Below, piece by piece: positions 51,589-62,786 of a stretch of DNA of 64,000 nucleotides. The stretch spans positions 214,492 through 278,491 of the forward strand of contig JAQGDQ010000314.1 of NCBI GenBank assembly GCA_030141605.1, read 5' to 3'. Position numbers and translations under genes: made by a program. This DNA is from Tubiluchus corallicola. Lineage: Eukaryota; Animalia; Priapulida. Every line of letters begins with the position of its first letter. The stretch's first letter is position 1. Under the pieces are notes generated by a model. It saw nothing but the letters and a program-made list of their open reading frames with translations. It had not been told where the DNA came from and made no database searches.

Positions 51589-52059
51589 CAGTTGACCCAC
51601 GTTAAACCGGACCCCATTAGTCCAGATATCGGATAAGACGGACGTCATCTGTGGTAAAGGAAACTGACTGATTTCCGACCGAGCCAGAACGCTAAACACA
51701 ACATGGCCTACCAACTTACCACGAGCCATTGACGGGCCGAAGCGGCTCGCGGTGCCGCGCAGGCTGCTACGATTCCCGTCAAAGTTCAGTTTACTTACCC
51801 CATCGAATACCTATACTGTACTTTTTTATTATTTAAACTGTACAATAATTTCTTTATCCTCACAGGTTAACTATTTTAAAGTAATATACAGTATAGTATA
51901 TAGTGCAATGTATATAGTGTAATGTATATAGGCCTTATTAAGGCGATCATTCCTGTATAATATAGACCATATATAGGCATATCGGATAAATCAGACAATC
52001 GGCTAAACCGGACCACAAACCCCCCCCCCCCATTAGTCCGGTTTAACGAGGGTTGACTG
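51589..52059. mobile_element. Tc1/mariner (pogo/Tigger-like) MITE
   Basis: TA|CAGTTGACCCACGTTAAACCGGAC...GTCCGGTTTAACGAGGGTTGACTG|TA gives 24-bp imperfect TIRs and a TA TSD. Confidence 0.88.
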
Positions 52060-53490
52060 TATTTTCTGCAGTAAATTACACATAGAAGTGGCCAGCTCTT
52101 CCAAAGCTAAATGCAACTAACACCGGCCTACTGCATCGCATCATTTATAATTTTTGTTGCCACAAATTTGGTGCACAAATGTACTTCTTAATTTCAATGA
52201 AAATAGTACGCCATACATTTCCAGTCCCCGATAATTCACAACTCATTTGCAAAAAGAATGTTCACAGTTACACAGACAGCTCTAGAAACATTGGCCTTCA
52301 GTTATGGCATGTTTATTAGCAACATTTTTTTACCCTTTGAGTCTGGTACATGGATTTAAATGCCACGCGTACAAATAGAGAGATTACTGGCCTGCAACAT
52401 AGATCAACAATTCGAAAGCACGTTGCTCAAAGGCTGTTTTTGCCTAACAGTCAAATGTGTCTTTGCTTAAGAACATGACACCCATTGTTTGCTTAACAGC
52501 AGACACAAAATTTGTATTACAATGGGGCCTATAAACAATACTTCACGAATTATCTGTCAATTTCTGCAGGTGACATTTAAATCTATGGTTCAGTAGTATA
52601 TCTCTGTTACAGAGTTAAAATCTAACTGTACATATCTAACTAATAGCCGCTGGGTATGCAAGGGACATAAGACAAAGAACTGTTTCCTGTTACTGTACTG
52701 AAGGCAAAGACATTTCTTCAATTCAAAATGGCAGCACTTAAGGTGCTCACTTTTGGATGAAGCACATCCTTTTTTAAGCATGTTGACTGAAAAGTTGGAC
52801 AGCAACGCAAAGAGCATTGACTAACAGATTATTCAATATGATAGTGAATACGACGAAAAACAGCATTCACTGCAAAGAAAAACTGCCATTATAGACAAAA
52901 GAATTATTTTACAGCAACGTCTTTTTAATACAGACTAAAATTAAATTGATCAGAGAGAAAGTGTATACAAAGGACTCTAATGCTGAACCCAATAATCAAT
53001 ACAAGTTAATAACAATTTTTATACGTAATAGTATAGGAAAAGGCAGCACCTAAAGTATTTGCGTACTTCATGTGATTGAGTCTTTCATCCATGATCACCA
53101 TAAATGATACAATATGCAAACCTAGAATAGGTTAAAGTTTACTCCGATTTCAAAGAGGTGACATGAATTATCAGTTCTAAAAAGTATAGACATTTATGTG
53201 TTGATGGACACTCTGAGAATGTTTACTCTGATGGACACTGTTGTGGATGTCTGACACTGTCTGATGGAGTCATTGTTTAGACACTTACATATTGTGTACG
53301 ACAGTATGCAAAACAATTTTATCTAAAAATGCCAGCAAAGCCCACTATTAATAATTCAACAAATGTGCTCAACAAATAACTACAAAATCTTGCTCTAAGC
53401 TAGGCAGATTTTCATGCCTTAAAACGGGTAGTAAAAGAAAAAATCCTGCCAGGCAAAATCAAGAAACACAAATTTTGACACATAACTTAC

Positions 53491-53568
53491 TTTGCTTCAA
53501 CAGATAGGGATGGATATAAATTGATAAACAATCTCTCATCATTGGTCAGTTTTTCGAGCAGCAAAGCC
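53491..53568 (-). CDS. ATXN10: Ataxin-10 coding exon (78 nt)
   Basis: TTTTAG|G ALLLEKLTNDERLFINLYPSLSVEA AA|GTAAGT; phases 2 and 2 join the flanking exons. Confidence 0.85.
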
Positions 53569-54137
53569 CTAAAACAAAATAAGAGATTCCATTCTAAAAT
53601 TTCTCAAAGAATAGTTAACTTGCACACTCACCAGCTGTAACACTGCACACACATAGCGTGATTGCACTCTCACAGAAAACAAATGATTTAAATGCTTTGA
53701 TATTGTGTGTTTTACTGATTCATGCATGCACAGACAACAGTTACTGAAAGCACAAATTAATATACAGTAATGTGTATTCTGGCCAAACCAAGCAAGTCGT
53801 TTTCACATAATGCAGTACATAAATCTAAGAAATGCAGGATCTATATATTTTTAAAACACCCATTATACCTCAATTTTTCGGAACTTTAGAGTTTTAGACA
53901 TCTTTCAAGAATTAAATAGCATATCACAAACAGGACATACGTCTTGGTCAGTATACACGCATATGTTATTTATAAATAACCTCAATTTTGAGATGATGGA
54001 TTTTACGTATAGTAATTTAGTTACAAGTCAAGGCATGTTGATGTAATCAAAAGCTTCCTGGTTTAATCCATGTTTAAACTGTCAGTTGCTTTTTTTCTTC
54101 ACATGGTAAAATTTCGTTTCAAAAATTTAGTCATGAC

Positions 54138-54646
54138 CAGGCTGCATAAGATTATGGATATCCATAAAATAAGACCAAAAATCCATAAAATAAAATTTGA
54201 AAAATCCATAAAATAAGAAATGCATAAAATAAAAAAATATTTTTTTTGTGATTTTTTGTACAAAATAAGGCAATCAAAACTGAATACAGGCATTGGATCG
54301 GAAACTTCAGCCTAGAGGGCATTCTACATTCGTCCCAAATAGATGAATTATTTGAACCGAAGTGATGAATTACAAGGCATTGTCTCGTAAAATTTGATTA
54401 AATATGAAGTGATATGAAACCGATAAAATTAAAACGAAACCGACAAAATTAAAACTAAGTCCTGCGTGTTTAAAAACACGTTTCAAGCACTCCTGTTTTT
54501 ACTTTTTAATTCATTTCCCCCTGGGCATCTCGTTCCAGATATAGTCTATTTCTTATTTTATTGATATCCATAAAATAAAATTTCAAAAATCCATAAAATA
54601 AGCTATTTTATTTATTTTATACATATCCATAATCTTATGCACCCTG
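54138..54646. mobile_element. hAT-type MITE
   Basis: GTCATGAC|CAGGCTGCATAAGATTATGGATA...TATCCATAATCTTATGCACCCTG|GTCATGAC gives an 8-bp TSD and a 22/23 TIR, with subterminal ATCCATAAAATAA repeats. Confidence 0.92.
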
Positions 54647-54837
54647 GTCATGACTGTGACTTTATTCCTTTGCTCCTTTGCTAGTAGGTCCATAGATACT
54701 AATGTATAATTGAAATGCTCAAAATGTAAGCTGATGCTGTGAGCATCAGGCAGAAAATCTAAGAACCTACAAACACGGTAAAGAAAAAATTATAATTTTG
54801 TAACAGAAAGCATTTTTATTATTAAAACTATGATTAC

Positions 54838-54996
54838 CCCCATTCACACTCATGTTTACTGGCAACTACAGTCACAGCCTCAACAATATCCACATCTGCA
54901 GCGCCATCTAACAGGAAGTTATGACATGAACTCATATTATGTAACATCATACACGTGTAGTCAGCAATCTTTGAATCAGTACCAGTCAAAAGCAAC
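54838..54996 (-). CDS. ATXN10: Ataxin-10 coding exon (most 5' exon in window; earlier exons presumably lie beyond the LTR element)
   Basis: TTGTTAG|G LLLTGTDSKIADYTCMMLHN...DIVEAV...KHECEW GG|GTAATC, compared with human CLNHPDKKIVAYSSMILF...KHPESEW. Confidence 0.88.
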
Positions 54997-55506
54997 CTAA
55001 CAAGATAAATTGAGATTATCATGTCAATTTGTCTCATATAAATCTTAATTTAAAGATCTATGCATCATCAATCATATACATATTTAACTGCACATTGTTG
55101 CTAACACAAAACTCTAAAAAAATAAATCTAAAAATTAAACAGAATTAGCACAGTTTAGACTCCTAACTTCCCATGTGCAGTAGAACACACATTTTAATGA
55201 GCAGGATTATTGATTTTTTGCTTTTTGCATGTGTCCAGATGGCATTATTCATTAACAAAATTCTTTTCGTTAACCTCATTCTTTTTCACCTATGTGGAAT
55301 ACAAAAAACAGGTGGCAGTTATGAGTTTACCGATAAATCTTTTGAAAATCTGCCCACACCATACTCTGATTGGTAGGATTTCCAGTGATGAAGTTACCCA
55401 TGAACTGAACACCACAGCTGATGGCTACCACAACTAAATATAATAAAATTAAAATGTAATTTAATCAACTGCTACAACAACTATCAAAATACACAATTAC
55501 CACTTA

Positions 55507-56110
55507 TGTCACGGATTCCCGTGATTGAATTCTACTCTACAGCATTGTAAACTAGTTTATTCCGGTTCTATAACCTTTGCAAATTTATCTAGAGTGATTC
55601 AATTAGGTTAACCTTGAGTTATTCATACGGGCTTCATTCCGAAGCTATAAATTCCTTCGTCACCATTGTACAGGTGAGCATTTGACGGTTGCTTTTCCTA
55701 CAAGCAGACGTCAAATGGTCCGCCTAATTCGTTAGGTGAATTTTTTCCCCCTTTCTTTAATAGTTTTTTTTTTGGTTATGTGCTGATATGTATCTATAAA
55801 TAGGTTTACTGCTGTTATAAGAAGTAACTATGTAATTGCGACAAATCTTGTGAATTGAATAAACTTTATTTGGGTGGCCACTCCTTTTAAACCAATGGTT
55901 ATGCGGTTTTTGTTAGTCAAAATTTAGTCTAAATTATGTTTTTCAGTAACAGCAAATCATTCTAATTATCAACTCGTAGACTTAAGCGTTATGCACCTTT
56001 CTCTATAAAAAAAATACACTAGACTATATACACTTCCACGTAATTGTTTAACTAAGAACCAGGCCGACGTCTCTCCCACAAAACTTATGAAAAAATGAGC
56101 ATTTTTCACA
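55507..56110 (+). repeat. 5' LTR (604 bp)
   Basis: Direct repeat of 63422 onward; TATAAA at 55646 and AATAAA at 55858; ends CA immediately before TGG. Confidence 0.93.
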
Positions 56111-56126
56111 TGGTGCCTCACACCGG
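56111..56126 (+). promoter_or_regulatory. Primer-binding site TGGTGCCTCACACCGG
   Basis: TGG directly follows the LTR and is complementary to a tRNA ending ..GGCACCA. The tRNA identity is not resolved. Confidence 0.7.
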
Positions 56127-56840
56127 TTTTGCTTAAATTAAATCCGTAAATATTTGAAGTGTGAGCACATGCTAGGCTGCTTAAATTTTGCGAATTTTGC
56201 TGCTGTCCAAAAAGTTCTTTGCCCTCGGGAGGGTGCTTCATATTTCTTATAGTCAGCAGTTTTATAAATTATATGCGCTCGAGTCATTTAGTTTAGCGCT
56301 ACTGATAGAAATAAGCTGACGTTGATAAGACCTGTAGAGAAGCGCAAGGCTTACTATAATAGTTAAGATATAACGCTATAACTTGAATCATACGTTTGTT
56401 GTATTTTTAATAGTAGCCTTTGGTATTGATTTTATGCTTCTCGTAAGGCACGTAATTTGTGACAGCAAAAGTAAATATTGTAATTTCTACCTTTTTATTT
56501 TCAGCCTAGCATAGTATATAGTCTGATAACATATTTTATTTTACAGCTTACTTCGCTGACAAATTTTTTCTACAGGTTTACGAGTTTAACTAGGACGTTT
56601 TGCTGTACAGCTTAAATCTAGGTCATTTTTGTTTACAGCTGTAGCATAGCGTACCGGCTCCAAGGTCAAGGGCTGGAAAAGGTCGCAGCGTTTATACAGC
56701 ACATAACTAACTAGTACTAGAAATATTCATTCTTATTTGATTGCGTATAGTTTGTGTACCTTTTAAGGTTTGATAAAATTGATTGATTGTTAAACGTGAT
56801 TGTTCATCTTGTGTCCTAATCCTATTACTTTACAGCATAC

Positions 56841-59800
56841 ATGTCCATACAGACTCGTAGTAAAACGGCTAAGATGGAAAAAGCGTTAAAAAGTACATAT
56901 GAATCAGGAGACGAACAACATCTTTCTGATACTGAAACTGAATTTGAGGCAGAAACTTTGGATCAAACTTCATCTGTTGATCCGCTTCCCTCAGATGGTT
57001 ATCAAGGGGTTAAACCTAAGAAGCCTGTTGTTACTGTCACTACTACTGACACGCTAGCTTCGACGACAGCGGCTAAACCTGTAACTACGGGTACGGCTAC
57101 AATTACTACTACAGCTATTCCTTTGCTGCCTACTTCGAATCCTGCAGCTGCGATGAAAATCGAACCCCAGCAAGTGGCGGCCAACGCTAGACTTTCTTCT
57201 TTTATGCTTATCCGAGCCAAACAAATTGAACAAATACACAAAGATGAACTAGAAGCCAACACTCTTATCTCAGCTTCTTCTAGTGTTATCTCAAGAAACC
57301 CCAGTCAATACTTACAGCGGGTTAAAACTTGCATAGCCTCACTCAAGGCCAGACTTCAGAAGATAGACCAATTGTCAGAATCGATCTTGCAACTATCGGA
57401 CCCCCACTCTGTGCTTGAGCTTACTGCACGCTATACAGATGAAGACATCTTACTGTCTAACCAAGTGACTTCTCTGATTGCCCAATTAGACATTAAGACT
57501 GACAGTGACTTACGAACTAGCATCTCACCTCAGTCACCAACTCCATTTCATCAGTCATCATTCAGTTCACCGCATGCTTATAGTAGAATTCCTAAACTTG
57601 AGATTAAACCATTTAACGGGAACATACTTGAATGGCAAACCTTTTGGTCAATGTTTTCTGATGTTGTTGATTCTAATCCTGATCTGTCTAAAGTTCAAAA
57701 ATTTCAGCATTTAAAATCTAAACTTACAGGTGTTGCTGCTCGCGCAGTCGAGGGTTACATAGTTAATGATTCTAATTATTCTACTGTTATTGATTTATTG
57801 AAAGACAGGTTCGGCTGCCACGAAACGATTATTCAGCGGCATCACAAGGAGTTGACACACCTAGAAAAGTGTGGTGATGGTTTAAAAAATTTACGCAGGT
57901 TTTTGGATAAAATCGAAGTTCATCTCAGATCCATTGAGAGTACAGGTCGCAGCGTTGATAGTTCCTTTGTTGTACCGCTTATAGCCGAGAAACTTCCATA
58001 TAAGGTGCTTTCGGCTATTCAAACGACAAAAGACATGACTAAGTCCAAATCGTGGTCAGTGGAAGAGTTACGTAATAGCTTGCGTGACTATGTGATACGA
58101 CTGGAAGCTTTAGAAGAACAGCTTCACCGTCAACCTTCCACCCCTTCGTCATGGAAATCGGATCGTCCTAAGCCGGCTAGCACTACTAGAAATGACAGCG
58201 TGCTGCAGGCGGTGGATCGACCAGCTAATGCTGTTAAACGTCCAGGGAATTTCAACAGAGGTAAGCGCTCCTTTTGTATTTACTGCAAAAGTTCTGGACA
58301 CTTTAATGATGACTGTGATGTTTATACAACTATTTCTGCTCGAAAATCTTTGCTAGTTAATCGTTGTTTGAAATGTTTAAATGATAGTCATTATTCTTCA
58401 CAGTGTAAATCATCAGGATTTTGTGCATACTGCAAAGTTCCTGGTCACCACAGAAGCCTCTGTCCGAAGCGTTACCCTCAGGGCAATGTAGAACACAAGA
58501 AGTTATCCCAGCAACAATCTTCGAAGAAACCTTTACTGTCTCAGACAGCTTCCGAAAACGTTCTATACTCATCTGAAGAACGTGTTTTTCTGTTGACAGC
58601 TTCCTGCGTTCTTGGCAACCCTTTTTCGGATGCCAAATTACCCACGCGCTGCTGGATGGATACAGGGAGTCAATGTTCTTACATGACAATGCAGTTTGCC
58701 CAACAGCTAGGTCTCAAGCTCAGTAAACTTGATCATCTCTACCTTGGCACCTTCGGCACTAATAGTGTGCAAAGAGTACCTTGCTATACTTCCAGAGTGA
58801 ACATGCTTACCAAAGACAACAAAACTTTACCGATGGTAGTCCGTGTTGTTGAGACAATCTCTCCCGCCACTCATCGTCTAGTTTTGCCTAATGACATCTC
58901 AAATTACTTGAACCGTACTTATGGGCCATCTTTGGCTGACGACTTCTGTAATACTGACGGCACTTTAACCCGAATTGATTTTCTCCTTGGCAACGACTAT
59001 TTTTTCGAGATACTTAAACCATTAAAAATAGAAGTTATACCAGGATTTTATCTCTTTGATTCTCACCTTGGGTATATTCTTGGAGGCAGAATACCCAATT
59101 ATCAAATCCTTGAAACTACACCGCCCCACAAATCCAGTCTTTTGTGCTTTGAACCAGGCGTGAGAACTGATGGTCTAGACGAGCCTCATAATTCTACTAA
59201 TATTTTTGAAACAGTTTTTGCTATCTTTGACCACCAAAATAAAAGCAAACCCATTGATGTTGATGTAGACAGGTTCTGGGAATTGGATACAATTGGCATT
59301 TCTGACTGTCCTACCAATTCCGGTGATGTGGAAGCGGAGAAAAATTTCAAAAACACTATAGAGTACAGAGAAGGAAGATATTACGTTTCATGGCCTTGGA
59401 GAAAGAGACAAGAGGTGCTACCAGATAATTATGCTCTGTCAATTGGTATGTTAAAATCTTGTTTGCGCAGACTCTCCTCCAAACCAGAGTTGTTGGAGAA
59501 GTATCATGGTATTATTCAGGAACAACTTGGCAAGGGAATAATCGAACTTGTGACAGATGACACTATCACAGGTAACACATTACATTATCTTCCTCACCAC
59601 CCAGTGATAACACCACAGCGTGCTAGCACAAAGATACGTATTGTGTATAACGCATCAGCTAAAGCTAATAAGGCTAGTCCTTCTCTCAACGAATGTTTAT
59701 ATAGAGGAGCTGTACTTATGCCTGACCTATGTGGGATTTTATTACGTTTCAGGATGCATCCGTATGCTATTGTTAGTGATATCGAAAAGGCATTTTTGGC

Positions 59801-62786
59801 GGTGGGTCTTTTAGAGCCTGACCGTGATGTTACACGTTTTTTATGGATTAAAAACCCTAGTAATGTGAGTGTCACACCTGATAACCTACAAATTTTTCGT
59901 TTCCAGAGGGTCCCGTTCGGCATTCTTTGTTCACCGCATCTTCTATCAGGGACTGTACGATATCATTTACAAAAAATGGAAAACGAGGTACCTGCTGCTA
60001 AATTGATTTTACCAAATATCTATGTCGATAATGTCATTTTAGGCGTGAATTCCACAGAAGAGGCAACTTCTTTTTACTTTCAAGCAAAACAACTGTTCTC
60101 CTCTGCATCGATGAACCTTCGTCAATGGGGATCCAACAACAAAGACTTCATCGACTTGGTTCCAAAGGATGACAAAGTTCAATCCACGGAGATCAAAGTA
60201 CTAGGTTTGAAGTGGAACACAGAAACGGATACGTTAAGTATTTCTCATAAGCTGCTTCCTAATTTACATAACAGTGTTACTAAACGTGAAATTTTAAAGC
60301 AAGTTGCTTGTTACTTTGACCCACTTGGACTTTTTAGTGCAATTACCCTTAATGCTAAATTGTTTCTTGCAGAACTTTGGAAACTAAAATATGACTGGGA
60401 TACTTCTTTGAGTCCTGAATTGGCTGAACGTTGGTTTGATATAGCTGACCATTTGTGTAATATAGTGTTAATAAATTTTCCTAGATGCATTCGTTTTGAT
60501 CCTATTAATGTTTTGCACTTTGAGCTCGCTTGTTTTGCAGACGCTTCAGCAGTTGCTTACAGCGCTGTAATTTATCTTCGCCAGCTACATCATGACGGCA
60601 CTATTCGCACAGATTTGGTCTTCACCAAGACAAGACTGGCTCCAAAGAACACAACAATACCCAGGATGGAGTTGTTGGGAGTTCTAATCTGCGCGAGAGC
60701 TGCCAACTTTGTTCGAGAACAGTTGAAGATAAGTGATGTTATATGCACTATTCTTACTGATTCACAGTGCGTTTTGCACTGGCTTCGCTCAAGTAAACCA
60801 CTGAGTACATTTGTTACTAACAGAGTAAGTGAATTACGCAGCTACAATGATATGATTTTTCGCTATATACCGTCTGAAAACAACATTGCAGACTTTGCCA
60901 CTAAACCAAATTCTGGTGTTCTTAATGAGACCTGGTTTAATGGTCCTGAATTTTTACTTCACGAAAAATCATTGTGGCCTTCTAGTGATCTTCCACCTGT
61001 TAATTCAGACGAGTTAAAGCAAATCGAGTCAGAAATTAAACTTAATGATTCTTGTACTTTTGCTAAATTTGAATCGTCACTCATGACTGTCGATGCAAAT
61101 AAGGTAGATCTTACCGTGATTTCATTGTCTAACCATTCTTCATTTGTCAGGCTGGTTCGTGTTACATGCCTTGTTCTGAAAGCCATCAGGAAATTTCGTC
61201 GTGATCCAGATACGTCTCATCGCATCACCTCTCGTGATATGGAACACGCCACCTTGATGTGGGTAAGGCATACTCAATCAGCATTTACACCTGAACAAAT
61301 AAGGAACTTCCAAAACCTTGGCCCAATGGTCGATAATGATGGAATAATCAGATGCTGTGGTCGACTTGGTAATCTGGACACCTATGGCTCACGAAAACCT
61401 GCGTTGTTACCAAAGGACCACCCCTTTACTCTGCTTCTGGTAAGACACTACCATGTAACTCATTTGCATGTTGGAGCAGCTCAAACGTTAGCTCTGATAC
61501 GTAAAAAGTACTGGATACCATCAGGACGCACTGCTGTCCGTAGTGTACTTTCTAAATGCACCATATGTCGTAAAGTCGAAGGAGGTCCTTTCCGTTTACC
61601 TAAAATGGCCGACCTACCTTCAACCCGTTTGTTTGAAAGTCGGTGTTTTCAATACACTGGACTAGATTATATGGGACCAGTGATCACAAAAGAATTTTAT
61701 GGCGGCAGTTCCAAGCCAATTTATGAAAAAGCTTGGATTTGTTTGTTCACCTGCCTTACAACCAGAGCAGTACATCTAGAATTAGTAAATAATCTAACAG
61801 CTGAACATTTTCTTATGTGTTTGCGCCGTTTTTTTGGTAGACGTGGATTGCCAGATATTATAATTTCGGATAATTTCTCGTCCTTCAAACTTGCCAAGCA
61901 AACGGTTACATACATTTTTGAAAATGCAATTCTAGATTTTTCAGCTTGCAAGGGTGTAGAGTGGAAATTCATCACACAGTTATCACCATGGACTGGCGGA
62001 TTTTTCGAACGGTTAGTTGCTTTGGTGAAGCGTTCTTTGAGAAAGGTAATCGGTAATCATCCTCTTTCACATGCACATCTCAATACTTTGCTTATTGAAA
62101 TAGAAAATGTTATCAATAATAGGCCTCTTACTTATATTGATGCTGACATAAATTCTACTCATGCTCTAACTCCTTCAGATTTTCTTAATCAGCAGATCTT
62201 GCACACTATGCCTGAGATGCACTACAGTGATCCAGACTTTACAGTTGGTAAAGAAACCTCAGCACAGAAGTTACTTGCCTTATGGAAGAAAGGTCAACGG
62301 ATCCTTAGCAATTTCTGGCGAATCTGGAAAGATGAGTATCTTCTCAGTCTTAGAGAACAGCATCGCAAATATATTTCTCAACCTAAGGTAACCGTTCCGT
62401 TTACTCCTTGTATAGGGGATGTAGTACTGGTAGAAGACCAAAACCTTCCACGAGGACAGTGGCGCCTTGGCAAAGTTCTTAAATTGAAGCCTAGTGCAGA
62501 TGGCTTAATTCGTAGTGTTGAAATTCTTGTTAATGGTTCCACTTTGAACAGAAATATTAAATGTCTGTACCCCCTTGAATGTCATTTTCATAACTCATCT
62601 CATACGACTTTGACAGACGTTTCGACTGAACACGTGTCTTGTCTTAACAAGAATGATGATGCTGCTTCCATTTCAGATGCGGATTCTTCACCTCTACCTG
62701 TCAGCGAACGTCCAAAGAGAGAAGCCGCCAAAAAGGCAAGAAAATGGCTAACAGATGTCAGCACCGACTTATTATCTAGTGATTAG
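56841..62786 (+). CDS. BEL/Pao gag-pol polyprotein, 1981 aa, uninterrupted
   Basis: Gag core (PKLEIKPFNGNILEWQTFW..F), three Cys/His knuckles (CIYC..H...C, CLKC..H...C, CAYC..HH..LC), protease DTGS, RT (DIEKAF, RVPFG, YVDN), Pao RNase H (FADAS, PRMEL), integrase (H..H..C..C, DYMGP, SDN, GGFFER) and a C-terminal W.LG domain. The order PR-RT-RH-IN with a YVDN motif is typical of BEL/Pao. Confidence 0.99.
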   Translation: MSIQTRSKTAKMEKALKSTYESGDEQHLSDTETEFEAETLDQTSSVDPLPSDGYQGVKPKKPVVTVTTTDTLASTTAAKPVTTGTATITTTAIPLLPTSNPAAAMKIEPQQVAANARLSSFMLIRAKQIEQIHKDELEANTLISASSSVISRNPSQYLQRVKTCIASLKARLQKIDQLSESILQLSDPHSVLELTARYTDEDILLSNQVTSLIAQLDIKTDSDLRTSISPQSPTPFHQSSFSSPHAYSRIPKLEIKPFNGNILEWQTFWSMFSDVVDSNPDLSKVQKFQHLKSKLTGVAARAVEGYIVNDSNYSTVIDLLKDRFGCHETIIQRHHKELTHLEKCGDGLKNLRRFLDKIEVHLRSIESTGRSVDSSFVVPLIAEKLPYKVLSAIQTTKDMTKSKSWSVEELRNSLRDYVIRLEALEEQLHRQPSTPSSWKSDRPKPASTTRNDSVLQAVDRPANAVKRPGNFNRGKRSFCIYCKSSGHFNDDCDVYTTISARKSLLVNRCLKCLNDSHYSSQCKSSGFCAYCKVPGHHRSLCPKRYPQGNVEHKKLSQQQSSKKPLLSQTASENVLYSSEERVFLLTASCVLGNPFSDAKLPTRCWMDTGSQCSYMTMQFAQQLGLKLSKLDHLYLGTFGTNSVQRVPCYTSRVNMLTKDNKTLPMVVRVVETISPATHRLVLPNDISNYLNRTYGPSLADDFCNTDGTLTRIDFLLGNDYFFEILKPLKIEVIPGFYLFDSHLGYILGGRIPNYQILETTPPHKSSLLCFEPGVRTDGLDEPHNSTNIFETVFAIFDHQNKSKPIDVDVDRFWELDTIGISDCPTNSGDVEAEKNFKNTIEYREGRYYVSWPWRKRQEVLPDNYALSIGMLKSCLRRLSSKPELLEKYHGIIQEQLGKGIIELVTDDTITGNTLHYLPHHPVITPQRASTKIRIVYNASAKANKASPSLNECLYRGAVLMPDLCGILLRFRMHPYAIVSDIEKAFLAVGLLEPDRDVTRFLWIKNPSNVSVTPDNLQIFRFQRVPFGILCSPHLLSGTVRYHLQKMENEVPAAKLILPNIYVDNVILGVNSTEEATSFYFQAKQLFSSASMNLRQWGSNNKDFIDLVPKDDKVQSTEIKVLGLKWNTETDTLSISHKLLPNLHNSVTKREILKQVACYFDPLGLFSAITLNAKLFLAELWKLKYDWDTSLSPELAERWFDIADHLCNIVLINFPRCIRFDPINVLHFELACFADASAVAYSAVIYLRQLHHDGTIRTDLVFTKTRLAPKNTTIPRMELLGVLICARAANFVREQLKISDVICTILTDSQCVLHWLRSSKPLSTFVTNRVSELRSYNDMIFRYIPSENNIADFATKPNSGVLNETWFNGPEFLLHEKSLWPSSDLPPVNSDELKQIESEIKLNDSCTFAKFESSLMTVDANKVDLTVISLSNHSSFVRLVRVTCLVLKAIRKFRRDPDTSHRITSRDMEHATLMWVRHTQSAFTPEQIRNFQNLGPMVDNDGIIRCCGRLGNLDTYGSRKPALLPKDHPFTLLLVRHYHVTHLHVGAAQTLALIRKKYWIPSGRTAVRSVLSKCTICRKVEGGPFRLPKMADLPSTRLFESRCFQYTGLDYMGPVITKEFYGGSSKPIYEKAWICLFTCLTTRAVHLELVNNLTAEHFLMCLRRFFGRRGLPDIIISDNFSSFKLAKQTVTYIFENAILDFSACKGVEWKFITQLSPWTGGFFERLVALVKRSLRKVIGNHPLSHAHLNTLLIEIENVINNRPLTYIDADINSTHALTPSDFLNQQILHTMPEMHYSDPDFTVGKETSAQKLLALWKKGQRILSNFWRIWKDEYLLSLREQHRKYISQPKVTVPFTPCIGDVVLVEDQNLPRGQWRLGKVLKLKPSADGLIRSVEILVNGSTLNRNIKCLYPLECHFHNSSHTTLTDVSTEHVSCLNKNDDAASISDADSSPLPVSERPKREAAKKARKWLTDVSTDLLSSD

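Noticed and set aside
52080-52400. Possible CR1-type LINE 3' remnant on the minus strand
   Set aside because: Only a faint SFF..VVN-like trace; too degenerate to support.
57002-61975. Short antisense and alternate-frame ORFs inside gag-pol
   Set aside because: Shadow ORFs of a long coding region.
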